A stretch of DNA of 64,000 nt from NCBI GenBank assembly GCA_963791795.1, contig CAWBTP010000002.1, positions 19,407 through 83,406 of the forward strand, in the 5' to 3' direction. Made by a program: the position numbers and the translations under genes. The notes beneath the pieces are model-generated. The model did no database searches, was not told the DNA's origin, and saw nothing but the letters and a program-made list of their open reading frames with translations. This stretch comes from an uncultured Acidimicrobiia bacterium (lineage in GTDB: Bacteria > Acidobacteriota > Terriglobia > Versatilivoradales > Versatilivoraceae). Below, in pieces: positions 41,302 to 52,390 of the stretch (positions are counted from its first letter, which is position 1; each line of letters starts with the position of its first letter).

Positions 41302-41946
41302 ATGAAGGAAACGATCACCATTGCGCTTTCCAAAGGCCGCTTGCTTGATGAGGCGCTGCTTCTTCTCAAGAAGGCGGGCATCGAGATTGCCGAGTCGAGC
41401 CTGAATTCACGCAAGCTGGTAGTGACAGACACACAGAAACGTTTTCAGTTTTTCATGGTGAAGCCCATCGACGTTCCAACCTATGTCGAGTACGGGGTTG
41501 CCGACGTTGGCATTGCGGGCCGGGATGTTCTGGCCGAATCCAGTGCCGACGTCCATCAGCCTCTCGATTTGCGCATTGGGTTCTGCAGAATGGTGGTGGC
41601 GGCACCCAAAGCAGCGGCGCGACAGGACTACAAAGAACTGTCGGCCGTTCGCATTGCCACGAAGTATCCTCGTGTCACGACCGAATACTTCACGCATCGA
41701 GGCATTCCAGTCGAGATCATTCCTCTTTCGGGAAGTGTTGAACTGGCGCCCCTGCTGGGACTCTCAGACCGAATTGTCGACTTGGTGTCTTCCGGACGGA
41801 CCCTCGCTGAGAACGGTCTCGAGATTGTTGAGCCCATCATGGACATCTCGGCACGACTGGTTGTGAATCGTGCCAGCTATCAAATCAAGCGGTCAGCAAT
41901 CACCGGATTGATCGAGATGCTGTCGAAAGTGGTCGAGAAAGACTGA
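41302..41946 (+). CDS. hisG: ATP phosphoribosyltransferase (short form)
   Basis: IALSKGR, DVPTYVEYG, IATKYP, GSVELAP, DLVSSGRTL. Confidence 0.96.
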   Translation: MKETITIALSKGRLLDEALLLLKKAGIEIAESSLNSRKLVVTDTQKRFQFFMVKPIDVPTYVEYGVADVGIAGRDVLAESSADVHQPLDLRIGFCRMVVAAPKAAARQDYKELSAVRIATKYPRVTTEYFTHRGIPVEIIPLSGSVELAPLLGLSDRIVDLVSSGRTLAENGLEIVEPIMDISARLVVNRASYQIKRSAITGLIEMLSKVVEKD

Positions 41947-41957
41947 AGGTTCCGAGG

Positions 41958-42176
41958 CATTGAGACACAGAGGAAGAAGTTGGACGCAGAATTCGCAGAT
42001 AAACGCAGATCGAGCCAGAGAAAGCAGAGAAACTAAGAACAGCGACCACGCCGGCACTTGTGCGGAACCCTCTTTTGGGACCCGCTTCGAAAAAATCTCG
42101 TAGTTGGCCTGCTTCCATCTGCGTTCATCTGCGCAATCTGCGTCCGATGCTTTTCCTGGGTCTCCGTGCCTCAGTG
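41958..42176. repeat. Two nested inverted-repeat elements with 9-bp periodic arms
   Basis: Inner arms 41982-42010 / 42117-42145 (three CGCAGA units, 26/29 complementary); outer arms 41958-41972 / 42162-42176 (12/15). Confidence 0.8.
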
Positions 42177-42190
42177 GCCATCCCCATCTC

Positions 42191-43484
42191 ATGATCATTC
42201 CGATTTTCGATTGGAATACACCTGAACTCCATAGCTATCTGAAGTGGATTGAGTCCCGCGGCTCAGCGCCCGACGAGGCCATCGAGGCAGCAAGTGTCCG
42301 AAATCGTTACGGCTGTTCGCACGCGGGGAGACGACGCAGTTCGCGAATTCACACACCGTTTTGAAGGAATCGATCTCAAGAGCCTTCGCATTGACCCGGA
42401 GGAGATTCGCAAACTTGCAGCGCAAGCCGACCCAGAGCTGCGGCAAGTGCTCCGGCTTGCGAGGGAAAACATTCGGCGGTTTCACGAGCGCCAGTTGGAA
42501 AAATCCTGGGAGATCGAAGGGGCCGATGGGGTCCGCCTCGGCCAGCGGATTCGTCCGCTCCAGTCGGTTGGGCTTTATGTGCCAGGTGGCACCGCCGCCT
42601 ATCCTTCAACGGTTCTCATGAACGCAGTGCCGGCACAAATTGCAGGGGTGCCGCGAATTGTCGTGACGACACCGCCTCATCAATTCCACAAGAACCCGGT
42701 CATCGCGGCGGTTCTTGAGGAACTGGGGTTGGAGGAGGTCTACGGAATAGGCGGCGCTCAGGCCGTGGCCGCCCTAGCCTATGGTACCGAGACAGTGCCC
42801 AAGGTGAATAAGATTGTTGGGCCGGGCAACATTTATGTGGCTACAGCCAAGCGTCAGGTCTACGGCGTGGTTGATATCGATATGATTGCAGGCCCGAGCG
42901 AGGTCGTTGTGGTCGCGGATGATTCTGTCGACCCGGATTTTGTGGCGGCCGATCTCCTGGCTCAAGCAGAGCACGACGAAAACGCTTGCGCGATTGCTGT
43001 TGTCGTGTCGAAGGAGTTCGCTCTAGCCGTTCAAAACAGCGCGGCTTGTCTCATCAAGAATCTCAACCGGGAGAAGATCATTCAGAAAGCGTTGCAGAAC
43101 TATGGAGCCGTCATTGTCTGCAGCACCTGGGACGAGGTTGCCGAAGCGGTTAATGCCATTGCGCCGGAACATCTCGAATTGTTGATGAACACACCGGAGC
43201 CATTCGCGGAAAAGATCCATTCCGCTGGAGCCATCTTCTTTGGGGTCTATTCGTGCGAGCCAGTCGGCGACTACTTTGCGGGCCCCAACCATGTCCTGCC
43301 AACTTCAGGCGCCGCTCGCTTTGCGTCTCCGCTCGGTGTCTACGATTTCCTCAAAAAAACCAGCCTCATTAAATACACTCAAGCGGCGCTTCAGAAAAAC
43401 CATGGTTACATCGAGAGATTTGCTGAATCGGAAAAACTCGATGCCCATGCCCAGAGTGTCCGTATCCGATTCAAATCCAAGTAG
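42191..43484 (+). CDS. hisD: Histidinol dehydrogenase, +1 frameshift near 42286
   Basis: GLYVPGG, GPGNIYV, AGPSE, QAEHD, APEHLE, GDYFAGPNHVLPT; the N-terminus from ATG 42191 lies in the preceding frame. Confidence 0.93.
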
Positions 43485-43507
43485 CCAACCCTACAATCTC
43501 GAGGCGC

Positions 43508-43565
43508 CGTCATTCCCGCGAAAGAACGTCACCCCGGCGGACAGTAAGCCGGGGCGGGAATCCAG
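43508..43565. repeat. REP-like hairpin (cgtcattcccgcgaaag/cgggaatccag) containing a nested type-A insert (43525-43554)
   Basis: attcccgc/gcgggaat stem interrupted by aacgtcaccccggcggacagtaagccgggg. Confidence 0.75.
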
Positions 43566-43610
43566 TTTCCGTAGCATGCAGCCGCTGAAGCTAAGGGACC
43601 CTCCTCGGGA

Positions 43611-44084
43611 TTAGCGCCGGGGGATGGGTTGGAACTTGAACTCCATCTTCTGATGCTTCCCCTTCTCATCGCCTTCAATCTCGGCACGCAGGGAGCCATC
43701 CGCTTCTTTTGAGTACCGTATGACCTTGGGGTTATCGTGCTGAGGGTTTTCAAACACCGCCCGATTCTCCGATCGCTGCGTCAATTTGAACTCGACGGGT
43801 GGCCGGCCTTGTGGTTGTGCCACGTACACCGGCCCATCCGGCCGGCCCTCGATCCGCAAGAATTCAAAGGAAACAGTGCGGTCCCCTGCAACCGTCCTCG
43901 AAACCCCCAGCATCATGCCTCCCGCCGGCTGGATCCAGTGTTCCTCAATCTGCGCTTTGCCCATTGTTCCCTGCCATCCGCCGGCCAGCCAGGCAAGATC
44001 GGATAAGGACTCCCGGCTCTGTGCGGACAGGTTCGGGCCACCAACGACGAACATCAATAGCGAGAGCGACACAGCAAGCTGCAT
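43611..44084 (-). CDS. Secreted DUF6265-like protein
   Basis: Signal peptide, LAWLAG.W, EEHW, FEFLRI, FENPQHD.PK.IRY. Confidence 0.75.
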   Translation of the reverse strand: MQLAVSLSLLMFVVGGPNLSAQSRESLSDLAWLAGGWQGTMGKAQIEEHWIQPAGGMMLGVSRTVAGDRTVSFEFLRIEGRPDGPVYVAQPQGRPPVEFKLTQRSENRAVFENPQHDNPKVIRYSKEADGSLRAEIEGDEKGKHQKMEFKFQPIPRR

Positions 44085-44154
44085 CTCTTCTATCTCCTTT
44101 ACTGCGAACCAGGCAGCCTTGCCAAGCTGCCATCACAGTTATCGTGTTGATCCC

Positions 44155-44823
44155 TCACTCTCTGTCGTACACGATGCGGCTGAGTTGTCGCAGGTCGTCG
44201 ATCAGAAAATCGGGCTTGGGTTCGTGCAGGGTGTCACTGGCAAGGCCGTAAGTCACGCCGCAAGTGGCAACTGTGGCGCCACGTCCAGTCTGGATGTCGA
44301 TGTAGGAGTCTCCTACCATCACCGTCCGTCCACGCTCAGTCCCGGTGTCGGCTAGGATTTGCTCAATACCCACGGGATGAGGTTTCTTCTGCTCAAAGCT
44401 GTTGCCGCCGTAGACAACCGCAAACCGGTCGTCAATCTGCAGGCCTTGAAGAATTGCCAGCGTCGGTCTGACCGGCTTGTTTGTCAGAACCGCCAGCGTC
44501 AGAGGTCGGAGCGCTTCGAGAGCTTCAGCGACACCCGGATAGAGGGTGGTGTTGTCGAGAAGGTGCTCGCGGTAGTGAGACAGAAAGATCTCCAGTGCCC
44601 GTTGGACGTCCAACTCGCTCAGCCCTTCACCCATGGCGCGACGAATCAGCATCGTTGCGCCATCTCCTATGTAGCTGAAAATGAGTCGATGTTCGAGCTC
44701 TGAAAGCCCTATCTGATGCCGAGTGAAGTTGACACTGTTCGCCAGATCGAGCTTGGAATCGATCAGGGTGCCGTCAAGGTCGAAAATAACGAGATCGTAA
44801 CGTTGCCGGCCATTGGGTTTCAT
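44155..44823 (-). CDS. HAD hydrolase (phosphoglycolate phosphatase-like)
   Basis: FDLDGTLIDS, TNK, KKPHP, MVGDS..DI. Confidence 0.88.
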   Translation of the reverse strand: MKPNGRQRYDLVIFDLDGTLIDSKLDLANSVNFTRHQIGLSELEHRLIFSYIGDGATMLIRRAMGEGLSELDVQRALEIFLSHYREHLLDNTTLYPGVAEALEALRPLTLAVLTNKPVRPTLAILQGLQIDDRFAVVYGGNSFEQKKPHPVGIEQILADTGTERGRTVMVGDSYIDIQTGRGATVATCGVTYGLASDTLHEPKPDFLIDDLRQLSRIVYDRE

Positions 44824-44984
44824 CTTTCCTCGAGTTCACTCCTAATCGCGATCCTTCAACGACCGATGCCTCTGATCATCTCATCGAACCACGATGGTTT
44901 CTAGCAGAGCGTCCGGTGCTCGTCAAGTTGCAGCCCTCGGGTACAGGCGTTGACAGGAGCTAAGCCGGAGAAGACAATCTTTCC

Positions 44985-46083
44985 ATGCCTGCCATTTGGA
45001 TTGCTGCTGTTTTTCTGCTTGGCCTGCCAGACGCCTCGGAAGTTGTCTTTGAAAGAGCAGCCTCGGCTCTGGCAGCACAGGATTACGGCGCGGCAGAGCA
45101 GGGATTCGCCGCCGTTCTCAAGAAGCAGCCTAATCACATCGGAGCCCTCGGCAACCTCGGCGTTGTCTATTCCCGGACACAACGGTCGGCTCGGGCCATC
45201 GAGACTTACCGGCGTGCGCTGGCTTTGAACCCGGGAGACCTGGCCCTGCGCCTGAATCTAGGCTTGGTGTACTTCAAGCAGGAAAACTACCAGCTCGCCG
45301 CCAGGCAGTTTTCTCGGATTGTCGCAAAGCAGCCCAATCATCGTCAGGCACAAGAGCTGCTCGCAACGTGTCAGATTCATCTGGGTGAACCGAAGCTCGC
45401 GATCTCTTCTCTGGAATCCCTCAGAGAGTCTGATCCGAAGAATGCCGGCGTGTTGTATCTCTTGGGTATGGCCTACCTGAGAAACCAGCAGCCAGATAAA
45501 GCAAAGCCGCTTCTCGACGAGATGATGCTGACGGCTCTGAGCCCCGCGCAGGCACACTTCCTCTTGGGGAAGGCCTACTACGATGGCGCCCGATTCGCAG
45601 AATCCAGAGAAGCTTTTCTGAAGGTACTTGAGCTCGAACCTGCTTTCCCCAACGCACAACTGGAGCTTGGCAAGGTGTTGGTAAGTTTGAGGGAGCCCGA
45701 AGAGGCACGGGCCGCTTTTCTGACGGCGATGGAAAGGAATCCTCAAGATAGCGAGGCCCCATATTTCTTGGGGTCTCTCTTAGTGAACGAAGGACGCGTA
45801 GACGAGGCTGCTTGTTCCGCTGGCACGAGCAGAGCAACTAAACCCAGACTTCTGGGGGACGCTTTACTATTTGGGAAAAGCCAAATTGCAACTGAAGAAC
45901 CCAGCGGAAGCCGTCTCTCTTCTGCAGCGAGCTGCGGAGCTGAACAGCGAAGAGGATGCGATCTTCTACCAACTGGCACTCGCTTTGCGCGCCAGCGGTC
46001 GCCAAGCCGAAGCCAAAACAGCCATGGAACGGGTCAGCCAACTGAAAGCAAAAAAAAGAGCCCCGCTGTTGCGGGGCTCTTGA
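44985..46083 (+). CDS. Exported TPR protein, +1 frameshift near 45808
   Basis: Multiple TPRs (ALGNLG, LRLNLG, YLLG, HFLLG); the TPR pattern continues in the 45871-46083 frame. Confidence 0.8.
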
Positions 46084-46161
46084 AGAACGACGTGCGGAGA
46101 TGAGGATCTGAGCATAGCGAGCAACCTCATACCATCGAGGGTTGGCCTCCGCTGTGGACGG

Positions 46162-46253
46162 CCCCTCACCCGGCCTCCGCGACCGCGTGAAGTCTTCTAA
46201 GACTTCACCTTTGGCCACCCTCTCCCAATGGGAGAGGGGTTGGGGGTGAGGGG
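46162..46253. repeat. REP-like composite palindrome containing a nested type-B insert (46175-46211)
   Basis: Same host family as 23400-23455 plus a 34-bp insertion bounded by CCT...CCT. Confidence 0.8.
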
Positions 46254-46305
46254 TCAGTAGTTCAAACAAACTTGACCAAGTTTGAACTACCGCTGCCAAG
46301 TGGAA

Positions 46306-49300
46306 CTAGAAGTAAATCTTGAACCCAAATTGAATGTTTCGCGGGTCGCGGGTCGCATTCACCTGCCCGCTGGTGCCGCGAGTGGCGGCAGTGACTTGGG
46401 CGCCTGGGTTTGCTGCAGCGAGACCCGTATTAATGCCTGCCCACTGGGTATGGTTGAAGGTGTTGAAGGTCTCGAACCGGAACTGCGTGGTGATGCGTTC
46501 TGTGATTTTTGTGTTCTTGAACAGCGAGATATCCCAATTGTTGATGCCGGGTCCGTAGAGAATGCCCTTGCCAGTGGTTCCGAGCGACCCGTTCAGGGGA
46601 CGCGCAAAGACCAGCGGGTTGAAGTACTCTTCACGCGATTTCTTGGCAGGATACAAATCTCCACTCACATAGTCAGCTCGAACTCCGGTAGCTCCATTGA
46701 GTGTTCCTGCGTCAGCATTGTTAGCGTTCATGGTCATAGTCAGCGGCGTGCCACTCCAAAAACGCGTGATTCCCGAGACCTGCCAACCATCGAATACCGT
46801 TCGTCCAACTGCATTGTTCATCCACTTGGTTCCAACGTTTGGTAGCTGATAGACATAATCCAAAGTGAAGACCTGCCTGCGGTCGAATCCGGCAGGACCT
46901 CTTTCCCTCGCTCGATCCAGATAATAGCCGATGCCGGTGCTATCGTTATCCACTTCACTGATCGCCTTGGACCAGGTGTAGTTGGCATTCATGGTCAGAT
47001 TGTTTGCAAAACGCCGGCTTAAGCGGGCCTGAAGCGCGTGGTAGTTGCTGTTGGCTCCGAAGTCGGTGAAATTGATACTCGTGTAGCCTTTGAATGGACG
47101 AACAGCGTTGGCAGTATTATTGGCCTGCTGCAAGATCGTTGTATTGGTGGTTGTACCGAGAGGCAGCTGATTAATATCCCTGACATACTGCAGATGGCGG
47201 GCTGTGTTGCCAATGTAGCCGACGTCGACGGAAGTTTGACGGCCCAGCTCCCGCTGGACACCAAGACTCCAGGTATAGATTGTTGGGATGAGGCCCTGGG
47301 CGTCGAACGCTCTGAGCGCGACGGGGAAACGCGTCCCGCCTCCAACCAGATCCGGTGAGAGGTTGTCGACGTTGCCCCCGTACAGGCTGGGGTTGTAGGT
47401 CAGCGGCGGATTGGCCAACCCGTCGAACGAATTTACGTTCTGCCGGATGCGCTCAAAGAAGTTTCCGAAGCCGCCGCGAATGGAGGTCTTCCCGTCACCA
47501 AAAGGGTCATAAGCGAAGCCAAACCTTGGAGAGATCTGATTCTTGCGGTGCTTGGCAAAGCCCTTGGGAATTCCGTTTCCTTCGATCACGATTCCATTGA
47601 ACGGGTCGCCTGAGTTGGGAATGATGCTGCCGTTCCGCAAGCCCGAAGCTGTTTCGATCTGAACAGCCTTGGACGCGTCGTAGCGCGCCGGATCAAAATA
47701 TGGCTGCAAGAACTCGCCCAGGGTGTAGGTGGGCCCGAGGTAGACATAGCGAGCGCCAAACTCCAACGTCAGTTTTCGGTTCACCTTCCAACTGTCCTGC
47801 CCATAGAACTCCAGACCGTAGAATCTGAAGTCCCCGTAAAAAATGCCGTTGGTCTGAGTAACGCTTGTGTAGTTGCCCAACAGGAGATTCGCGAGCTGGT
47901 TGTTCGAGTCGTTGGGATTCTCCCGGTTCGGGCCAAAATTGAGGTTAATCGAATCGGTCCACGCAGGCTGCTGGCCATTGTCGTTACGATTAAAGAAGAC
48001 GCCTGTCTTGAACGTGTGAGCGCCGAGCACTCGCGTAAAATTGTCGGTCCAGGCAAACGTCTTGCCTTCGCTAAGCCAGCCCGAGGCAAAGCCTGGGAAA
48101 TTGCAATCGCCAATCCCGCAGTTGAAGCGCGGAAACTTGTTTCGGACGTTCACGGCTGGGTAGAGCTCCCTGAACGTAAACCCCAACTTGTCGCGGTCGT
48201 AGAGGCTCGTGTCCGCATCCTCGGTCACGTCGACAACCTGCGTCAGGTGGTTGTACGTGAAGATGAATTCATTGGTCGTCGTGGGCGAGATCACGTTGAC
48301 AAGGTTGCCAGACCAGCTGGAACCGGGCTTCTTGCGGTACTGTGGGAAGACCGGATACGGCGTCGAGGCAAAAATGCCCTGCCGTTTGGTCTTCGCGCTG
48401 TGAATCGTCTGCCCAGCGGAAAAAGAGGTTGGTTTTCGAACTCGCCTGCCAGTCGATCCGCAACACTTTGGCGTTCTTGTTGAACTTGTAACTATCCTGG
48501 AATGGGACACGAACCAATTGCGGACTGTTGGCTACAGGTATGCCTCCCGACCGGTCGAACGCACTCAGGACCTTCAGAAAAGCCGGCGCGTTGCGGCTCC
48601 ACTCTGCTCGTGGAATGATGTTGTCCGGATAGGCAACTCCGCCTGTAATCAAGCCAGCTGCGTTGCGGGTTATAGTTCCGGGGCGGAATACGGTTCCAAT
48701 GTCAAATTGAGGGGCTGTCGCAATCGGGGTTCCACGCAGAAGTCTCCGGAAATCGCCGTTCAGCAGGTCCGGATGAGGCAGATCGCGTGTGTTGTTGCCA
48801 AGCGGGCGCGTTGCGCGGGTGCCTTCGTAGTTGAAGAAGAAAAACAACCCGCGCTTCAAAATCGGGCCGCCGAGATTGCCGCCGAACTGGTTAAAACGCA
48901 ACTTCGGCGTAGTGCCGGTGGTATCGAACGGTTGGCGCGCGTCCAGGGCATTGTTTCTCAGAAATTCGTAAGCAGTGCCGTGAAACTGGCTGCCGCCGCT
49001 GCGGGTTGTGATTGAAAGCAGCACGCCGGGATTCCGGCCGTACTCGGCATTAAAGGCGCTGGTCTGCACTTTGAATTCGCCGACTGCATCCAGGCTGATC
49101 TGAGTGTACTGGCCGTCATTCGCGCCCACGTCGGTGTTAATGCTGCCATCGAGGTAGACGTTATTCGCACTGCCGCGCAGCCCGTTAACGTTGAAAGCAT
49201 CTGTGTTGTTAAAGGCCAGGCGAAAATCCGAGCGATCGTTCGAGACCACGCCAGGTAACGTGCGAATCAGGGACTGAAAGTCTCTTCCATTCAGACTCAA

Positions 49301-49741
49301 CTCGCGAACCTGCTGCGAATCGATGGTAAACGATTTCAGAGCGGAACTGGTTTCGACCAACGGAACCTGGGCTTCGACACTGACCGACTGGGTAATCTCA
49401 CCCAGCTCCAAAGTGAGAGTTCCCAGATTCATGACCTGATAAGGGTCCAAGACCAGCCCTTTGCGCTCAAGGGCCTTGAATCCGCTGCTCTCAGCCTTGA
49501 CGGTGTAGGTGCCGCGTTGCAACGGCTGCAACTGAAACGAACCGTCTTCCGCGGACGTGGTTTCACGAACCACCAACTGCTTCGCCTCATCGAAAGCGCT
49601 AACTTTGGTATTTCCAATCACTCCGCCTTGGGCATCAACCACGATTCCCCGAATGGTGCCGCTCTGACCAAAAACAGAGCTCGTGCCCAGAACAGCAAAA
49701 AGCAGTATGACGAAACTGCTAGTGCTCCAATGGCTATTCAT
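46306..49741 (-). CDS. Oar-like TonB-dependent receptor with carboxypeptidase-regulatory-like N-domain, +1 frameshift near 48380
   Basis: Signal peptide, LNGRDF..L...PGV, EFKVQTS.FNAEYG, NQFGGNLGGP, barrel ending RNIQFGFKIYF. Confidence 0.88.
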
Positions 49742-50237
49742 GGCTACTCCTTGTGTAATCTATAACCACGAGTCAGGAAAGGACCTGTCAGAAAACAAGT
49801 CTTGCGCCGTGGATTTAGTGGTGGCACGCGATCGAGAGAAGTTACGTTCTCCCAATCTTGGGAATGCTCTGAGCGGCCCGCGTAATCGTGGTTCTCAAGC
49901 GGACTTGCTGAGGCACAGCTTTACGGCGCTAGGACAATTACACTAAGTCTAAAGCAGTCCTGAACAAAGTCAAGACATCGAGAGATAAGACTCATCGGGA
50001 TATAGAACCTCTTCAGTTCGCTGTCTTCCGGAAGTTGCCCGACCACAGGCAGCCGTCCAGCGCCTCGGAAGCGCAACCCCGGTCGTCGCCACTTAAGGTC
50101 TCTGCAGAAAACCATTCCGAGGCCTCGCGTGCTACGGGCTCGTTCTGGAAGAAGCTGGGAAGTCTTGTGCTATAGTCCGGCTCTTGCTGCGAGCTGATGA
50201 AGTACCTTCTGCAATGTCTGAGGAGCGTTGAATCACG

Positions 50238-51311
50238 ATGTTCAAAACGTTGGAATGGACGCAAGACGGCGTCGTCATGATCGACCAGCGCAAGCTGCCG
50301 GGTGAGGAGCTTTACCCGGTCTTCAAGACGTATCAGGAAGTAGCCGAGGCCATTCGAGACATGGTCGTACGAGGGGCCCCGGCCATCGGCGTAGCTGCCG
50401 CCATGGGCGTGGCGCTGGGGGTGAAGCACATTCAGACAGACAATCCTCAGGAATTCGAGCGGCAGTTTGGCGAAATCTGCCAAACACTCGCCTCAACGCG
50501 CCCGACAGCCGTCAACCTTTTCTGGGCGATTGAGCGCATGAAGCGCGTGTTTCAGCAGCATTTTCCTACAGGTGACTTGCAACGCGTCAAGAGTGCACTC
50601 GAAGCCGAAGCCGTCGGGATGCACGAGGAGGACATCGCTCTCAATCGCCGTATGGGCAGTTTTGGCGCTGGGCTTCTGGGTGAACGAGTCCTAACGCACT
50701 GCAATGCCGGCGCGCTGGCGACTGCCGGCTATGGAACGGCGCTTGGGGTTATCCGTGCCGCGGTGGAGCAGGGGAAAAAGATTCAGGTGTTCGCCGACGA
50801 AACGCGGCCCTTTCTGCAGGGAGCCCGGCTCACCGCCTGGGAGCTGCAAAAGGATCACATTCCGGTCACGCTGATCACAGACAACATGGCGGGCTATTTC
50901 ATGCAACAGGGCAAGATTGACTGCGTTGTCGTCGGGGCGGATCGGATTGCGGCCAATGGAGATGTTGCCAACAAGATTGGAACCTACTCAGTGGCCGTGC
51001 TTGCGAAGGAGAACAATATTCCCTTTTACGTCGCGGCACCCATCTCCACGTTGGACCTCAGCCTGCCTTCAGGAAAACAGATCCCGATCGAGCAGCGTCC
51101 CGGTCGAGAAGTAACTCACATCCAGCAATCAGCCATCGCGCCCGAAGGAGTGCAGGTTGCCAACCCTGCCTTTGACGTGACCCCCAACCGGTATGTGACC
51201 GCAATCATCACCGAACGCGGCGTGGCACGAGCTCCTTACGAACAAAGCTTGAAGACGCTCTCAACTCTCCGATTGACGCCGGTAGTTCGCAGGCGGTGCT
51301 ATCGAAAGTAG
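50238..51311 (+). CDS. mtnA: S-methyl-5-thioribose-1-phosphate isomerase
   Basis: [53 protein letters not shown]. Confidence 0.95.
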   Translation: MFKTLEWTQDGVVMIDQRKLPGEELYPVFKTYQEVAEAIRDMVVRGAPAIGVAAAMGVALGVKHIQTDNPQEFERQFGEICQTLASTRPTAVNLFWAIERMKRVFQQHFPTGDLQRVKSALEAEAVGMHEEDIALNRRMGSFGAGLLGERVLTHCNAGALATAGYGTALGVIRAAVEQGKKIQVFADETRPFLQGARLTAWELQKDHIPVTLITDNMAGYFMQQGKIDCVVVGADRIAANGDVANKIGTYSVAVLAKENNIPFYVAAPISTLDLSLPSGKQIPIEQRPGREVTHIQQSAIAPEGVQVANPAFDVTPNRYVTAIITERGVARAPYEQSLKTLSTLRLTPVVRRRCYRK

Positions 51312-52306
51312 AAGAGAAGAATCCCATACCCCACGCCTGCTTCGTCGGTTGTTCGGGCGAGCTGAAACGCCATGAAGCGACCGTCAGTGGATACAACAGG
51401 GTTGGAAGCCTTGCCTCCTTCATAATCATTGAAGTTTGTAAGCCGCTGAAAGTCCTTCCCCGTCCCGTCGAGACGGAGCTTCCAGATGTCGATATTGCGA
51501 GACCCATGCTCGCCACCCAATGTCTCGACTTGACGATCCGCTTCCACCAACGTGTGTTTCCCGTCGGGCAGAATTCCTTCCACTTCGTTGTAGGTTCCCG
51601 GAGCCTTTGAGACGTTCTCGGCCCTTCCGGTTTCGAGATCCAGAACCATGACCGAAGCCAGGCCCTTCGGTTCGTAACAGGTAAAAGTCAGCTTCCGGTC
51701 ATTGTCGAAAAAATCTTGCGATTCCACCCGGCAATCAGCGCTGCGGCTTTCATAAACCATGCGCTTGTTGGTTAGCCGCGGCGTCTTGCCCGAAGGATCC
51801 ATATCCGCCACGAACAACTGGGACTGTTCTGGCGCCAGCGTGGGGTCTTGCGCGCTGAGCACCGCGAATGAGATTTTCAGGCTCGTCTTCGAAAGGGCAG
51901 CCCCTTCACTCATCTTCTGCCCGAAGCGCACAGGTTTCGACCCAGTCCGCTTGCTCAGGAACCACAGCTCGTTGTCTTCCCTCCGGCTGGTGCGCAGTTC
52001 TTTGAATCGCTCAGGCCCGATAAGGATGTAGTCACCGGAAACCAGATGCATGATGCGGAGAAACGCAGCTCCCGGGACGCTGCAGGTCAGGCAGCGGATT
52101 TTTCGGTCTTTCAGGCCGACAACAAACGCATCTCCGAAACTCTTGTTCATGAAGGCAATCTGTTGGTTGTCGGGTGAAATGTCGGCGCGCTCTCCAAAAT
52201 GAGTCACCACTTCAACATTCTTCGGCAAGTGCTCCATGGGATTCTCGGGCTTCCTTTGCGCATAGGCACACCCTGCCATCAGGAGAACAATGACGAAACG
52301 AACCAT
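51299..52306 (-). CDS. Secreted TolB/PD40-like beta-propeller protein
   Basis: Signal peptide; repeats [27 protein letters not shown]. Confidence 0.7.
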   Translation of the reverse strand: MVRFVIVLLMAGCAYAQRKPENPMEHLPKNVEVVTHFGERADISPDNQQIAFMNKSFGDAFVVGLKDRKIRCLTCSVPGAAFLRIMHLVSGDYILIGPERFKELRTSRREDNELWFLSKRTGSKPVRFGQKMSEGAALSKTSLKISFAVLSAQDPTLAPEQSQLFVADMDPSGKTPRLTNKRMVYESRSADCRVESQDFFDNDRKLTFTCYEPKGLASVMVLDLETGRAENVSKAPGTYNEVEGILPDGKHTLVEADRQVETLGGEHGSRNIDIWKLRLDGTGKDFQRLTNFNDYEGGKASNPVVSTDGRFMAFQLARTTDEAGVGYGILLFYFR

Positions 52307-52390
52307 CTGCTTCCCTCCTCAATCAGACAGCGCGCTTTGGTAGGGGGCGCTGCTTGGGATTCGGTGCGAAAGCCTTGCCGCCCATGCACC

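Noticed and set aside
40063-42176. Possible CRISPR array from short repeated units
   Set aside because: Units are 7-9 bp tandem and inverted, with no 25-40-bp repeats separated by unique spacers and no cas genes.
49742-50237. SAM riboswitch upstream of mtnA, or purine/ZTP riboswitch upstream of the pur genes (25852-25927, 26705-26893)
   Set aside because: No consensus aptamer motifs were recognised by eye; an Infernal/Rfam scan would be needed to exclude them fully.
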